From NCBI RefSeq assembly GCF_009914755.1, contig NC_060926.1: a stretch of 64,000 bases of DNA, one strand, 5' to 3'. Source of the stretch: the human T2T-CHM13v2.0 reference genome, Homo sapiens. The notes beneath the pieces were generated by a model that ran no database searches, was not told the origin of the DNA, and saw only the letters and a list, made by a program, of their open reading frames with translations. Position numbers and translations under genes: made by a program. This document shows positions 53,972 through 64,000 of this stretch, one piece after another; the stretch's first letter is position 1, and every line of letters begins with the position of its first letter.

Positions 53972-54420
53972 CAGTTATCTATTGACCCAACAATGTGGGT
54001 AACAAAGCACCTGAAGACTCATTTTTATTGCTCCCAAGGCCATGGCAGCTGAGCCATTCTTCCTGCTTAGATGGGACTTGCTGCTGCACCCGGAATCAGC
54101 AGTTGATCTTGGCTGGGCTCTCTTGTGTATTGGGGGTTGACTGGAATTTGTGGGACTAGGATGGTCTCTGCTTTTCTCCATGTGTCTTTGCATTCCTCCA
54201 TTGGGCTAGCCGGGACAAGCCGTCATGCTGAGGCAGAGATGCACTAGTGAGCATGCAGAAATGCACAGGTGCTTTTCAAGTCCCTGCTCGTCTCATGTCT
54301 GATAACATTCCATTGGCCTAAGTATGTTACCAGAGGAATGTTCAGTAACAGGAGGAAGGGACAATAAAATTACAAGGCAAAGAGTGTGGAGCCGGGTAGC
54401 CTTTAATTGGGGCCATTAAT
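53972..54420 (-). mobile_element. MLT1 (J/K-like) LTR
   Basis: tcagttatctattg....aacaatg...aacaaa, and catgtctgataacattccattggcc. Confidence 0.55.
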
Positions 54421-55217
54421 ACTATGCATGGACCGGTTTATAAGTCCATGCTTATCTGTTTTATAAACTCTAGGTTGTTTACTAAAGATTATGAATTCAG
54501 TCATTTCCCCTCCAAGTGAAATTTTTTTCTATTTTTATTTGTTATTACAGAAGTATAAGGAATGAGTCAGAGAACATAGACAAGCTAAATGAAGACAAAG
54601 AAGTATGATATACGGCATGGTGGCTCATGCCTGTAATCCCAGCACTTTAGGAGGCTGAGGTGGGAGGATTGCTTGAGCCCAGGAGTTAAGACCAGCCTGG
54701 GGCAACATAGTGAGACCCTGTCTCTACAAAAAATTTTTTTAAAAAAAGTATGAATTGTCCCTTTCCTAGAGACAATCACTCTTGAGATACAGTCTTCCAG
54801 GTATTTCTCTCTACATTTGTGTATAGGTAAATATACACATATATATCTTTCTCATTATATATGTATAGACACATACATGTATGTGTATAATAAAAAATAT
54901 TAATTTAGAACCGTCATTTCATCTTGATGAAGTTAGGTTTCACTGAGTGATATGTAAAACTCACCTTCTGCATGTGGAAATTCATTGTCTTCAGGCACAG
55001 CCATATTACGCTGTGTATAACTCCTGTCTGTGGAATGAGACACTTTGGCTTCTGCAGCAGGCTTGCCTTCTGGTATTCACGTGGTCAGTAATATTACCAC
55101 ATGTCCCACAAGATGGTAAACGCTGACACACAAATGTTATATAGTCATCATGTATTTTCTTGAGAAATTAAAATTATTTATTTAAACATATACTTTATTT
55201 CCATTCCTTTTGAGCCT

Positions 55218-55996
<779 letters not shown>

Positions 55997-56423
55997 TTAT
56001 TTCCTGCACATAGTTTATATAATCTAATCTAGAATTTCTCATGTTTCCCACTGACTCTGTTGCCTGGCTGGCCTCATCCTACTGTCTTGTATACCAAATA
56101 GTTATCAGGAGCAGGCACATCTAATACTTCTCCCACCGCTACTCAAGATTGTAAAGACTTCACCTTCCTTGCCTTATTTTACTGATAAGTGCCCAGCAGA
56201 CTGCCCTTGAAAGAGACTTAATAGTTATCTTGCCTCTGGGAAGAGTTGGGGGGAAAAGTACTGATCATTACTAGTGATATTCCACTTTTAACCTTGTGTC
56301 ACAAACCTGTGTTTGCTGCACACGTGTCTTATACACTAGAGACAGGGTAGGAACTGAAGCACAAAGTGAAAGTTTACCAAAATCATTCCAGCATATTATA
56401 AAGCAACTATGAATATGTGGCTA

Positions 56424-58900
<2,477 letters not shown>

Positions 58901-59179
58901 ACCAAACAATATTTTTGTGGATACCTACATGTGTAGAAATAGCATAAAAACATGCTAGTAAATGCCAAAGAAGATATTCAGAATGATGACTATGCATGGG
59001 GAGAGAGGGAAGTAAATGGGTTTGGGGAGAGGTTCATAAACAGTTTCAACAGTGTTAATCACTTTGTTTTTTTAAAGACCTGAAACAATTAAGGGAACAC
59101 ACTAATATTTTATGACGCTGGTAGTGGCTTTATGGAAAGTCAATATTTTTTTTCTCTATATAGTCAATTAGTATACATA

Positions 59180-59945
59180 ACATATAAAAAAAAAAGCTCA
59201 TCGTCACTGGTATTAGAGAAATGCAAATCAAAACCACAATGAGATACCATCTCACACCAGTTAGAATGGCGATCATTAAAAAGTCGGGGAACAACAGATG
59301 CTGGAGAGGATGTGGAGAAATAAGAACACTTTTACACTGTTGGTGGGAGCATAAATTAGTTCAACCATTGTGGAAGACAGTGTGGCAATTCCTCAAGGAT
59401 CCAGAACGAAAAATACCATTTGACCCAGCAATCCCATATACCCGAAGGATTATAAATCATTCTACTATAAAGACACATGCACAGGTATGTTTAGTGCAGC
59501 ACTGTTCACAATAGCAAAGACTTGGAACCAACCCAAATGCCCATCAATGATGGACTGGATAAACAAAATGTGGCACATATACACCATGGAATACTATGCA
59601 GCCATAAAAAAGGATGAGTTCATGTCCTTTACAGGGACATGGATGAAGCTGGACCATCATTCTCAGCAAACTAACATGAGAACAGAAAACCAAACACTGC
59701 ATGTTCTCACTCACAAATGGGAGTTGAACAATGAGAACACATGGACACAAGGAGGGGAACATCACACGCTGGGGTTGGGGGTTGGGGATTGGGGGGCTAG
59801 GGGATGGATAGCATTAGGAGAAATACCCAATGTAGATGACGGGTTGATGGGCACAGCAAACCACCATGGCATGTGTATACCTATCTAACAAACCTGCACG
59901 TTCTGCACATGTACCCCAGAACTTAAAGTATATTAAAAAAAAAGA
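59180..59945 (+). mobile_element. L1PA 3' fragment (L1PA7-like)
   Basis: [33 protein letters not shown], then the 3' UTR and an A tail. Confidence 0.92.
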
Positions 59946-59965
59946 AAAGAAACATTTTTTTCAAA

Positions 59966-59966
<1 letters not shown>

Positions 59967-60005
<39 letters not shown>
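59967..60005. repeat. (CA)n microsatellite
   Basis: Seen directly in the sequence. Confidence 0.95.
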
Positions 60006-60007
<2 letters not shown>

Positions 60008-60299
60008 GTGAAGGAGAAAAGTGCTGACCTGCAGCCACCCTCAGTGGGAGCTGACTTCTGCACCAACTCCCTCTCTCACTCAGTGGCCCTAGCCCAGTGC
60101 CAAACAGGACTGTGGGCTGGGAGAATCCCCCTGGGATTCTGCCTCCCTGCAGACTAAGGCACCTGGGGAGATATGAGGCTGGACTGAATCTGTCCCATTT
60201 TGATGTTCCTTACCCTACACGAGGCTTTGGGGTGAAGGGGATAGGGAGAGTGGGTCCCGTCACACATTCCCCCAGCTGGCTGCCCACTGTGCTTCTTAC

Positions 60300-60660
60300 C
60301 TGCGGCCACCCTGCGTGCCTCGGTGAACACTGTCTGGTGCAAAGGAGGTATACGAAATGTGTTTGTTGAATTGATCCAAGCCATTATCAGCACTTCAGTG
60401 GGCTGGGAGGACATGAAAATAGCTGCATGGTGAAGTGGTGTTTGCTGGTGCCTGTCCTGTCCCCTGCCTCTGCCAGCTCTCTCATGACATTCCTTAGGCA
60501 ACCTGGCCCGTTTGCAGGAAGCTGACAGCAGGTATTCAGAAATTTTAGGATTTGGGCTTAATTTCAGATAAGCAGGACAACCTGGGCTCTCCCACAATGA
60601 AAAATAGATTCTGCTGTTTTTTTCCTGCCTTTTTAACATTTCAAGCCAAGTTCCTATGCC
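60300..60660 (-). other. Candidate distal upstream AAK1 first exon (5' end uncertain)
   Basis: Strong donor CCGCAG|GTAAGA at 60300/60299 in an island of non-repetitive sequence. Consistent with recalled annotation extending AAK1 ~30 kb upstream. Confidence 0.4.
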
Positions 60661-61115
60661 CATCCACCCATATAAAACTTCCTTGTTCAGAAAGTCATCT
60701 GCGCAACTGGCAAAGGCACCAGCTCAGAGTTTTCTATTTTTATTCCTGTGTGTAATCAATGGGAACACACTGTGACGGAAATAAAGAATTATGAATTGAT
60801 AAGAGCAAACCATTGATATTTGCTTTTGTTCCTGGGCAAGCTAGTGAAGGAACATGTACCTAATGTATAGAAATACAATGGTCATTTTATGCTTCTGTCT
60901 TTTTACAGAAGCACTCAGCAATTTCTGTGTCTATTTTTAGGGAGGAAAAAGAAACACTTTTAAGATTCAAATTGGGTAAGCTTGGGAAAAGTTTCCACAC
61001 AGGCTGATTTTCTAGAAATATTGAAATATAAGACATTATCAGCCCTTTCTCTTCTAAATTATTAACCTGTGACTTCAATACCTATTCTCTGTCATCCTCT
61101 TACAATAAAAAATAA

Positions 61116-63808
<2,693 letters not shown>

Positions 63809-63898
63809 TCATAAATATAATTTTAAATGCCTTCAGAGTATTCTCTCTTATAGCTACATCACAATTTGCTTAATATCCATCTCTTTATTATTGGATAT

Positions 63899-64000
63899 TG
63901 TAGGAGCTCAGAACACGATACCCTAATGGATGGCACTTTGGCATGCTGAGTGTTTTGAGCTGAAGGAGACTGGAAGAGCCTCAGAAACAGCAAGCTCCCT
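63899..64000 (+). mobile_element. Start of an ERV1-type LTR (MER31/MER34-like), cut by the window edge
   Basis: TGTAGGAGCTCAGAACACGATACCC..ATGGCACTTTGGCATGCTGA resembles these LTR 5' ends. Confidence 0.45.

Noticed and set aside
60154-60663. 169-aa minus-strand ORF
   Set aside because: No recognisable domain, and it reads through the strong donor at 60300. Treated as a possible non-coding exon only.

Overview
Primate (human-like) genomic DNA containing the 5' end of AAK1 (AP2-associated kinase 1) on the minus strand. A CpG-island promoter (~29.45-30.9 kb) carries ETS, ZNF143 and YY1 motifs. A non-coding exon 1 ends at 29886. Exon 2 (29188-29585) holds the start codon and the first 163 coding nt ([19 protein letters not shown]...VLAEG), and 1-29187 is the following intron. 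Splice signals also support two plus-strand non-coding exons (~30735-31215 and 39307-39591) and a distal minus-strand exon ending at 60300. I recall these as upstream ANXA4 and AAK1 transcript exons, unverified. The rest is repeat-dense: more than 40 Alus, a solo LTR12C with TSD, a second ERV1 solo LTR, MaLR LTRs, hAT elements, a 5'-inverted L1PA and a retroposed U13 snoRNA copy. Nearly all ORFs in the supplied track are repeat-derived noise. I found no clear new multi-gene system. The most unusual unexplained signals are a ~97-bp, ~86%-identical inverted repeat (not Alu) spanning 2.7 kb of AAK1 intron, a candidate 62-nt poison exon, and an A25 tract in the AAK1 5' UTR. Repeat family names come from recalled consensus sequences, and most repeat boundaries are approximate.
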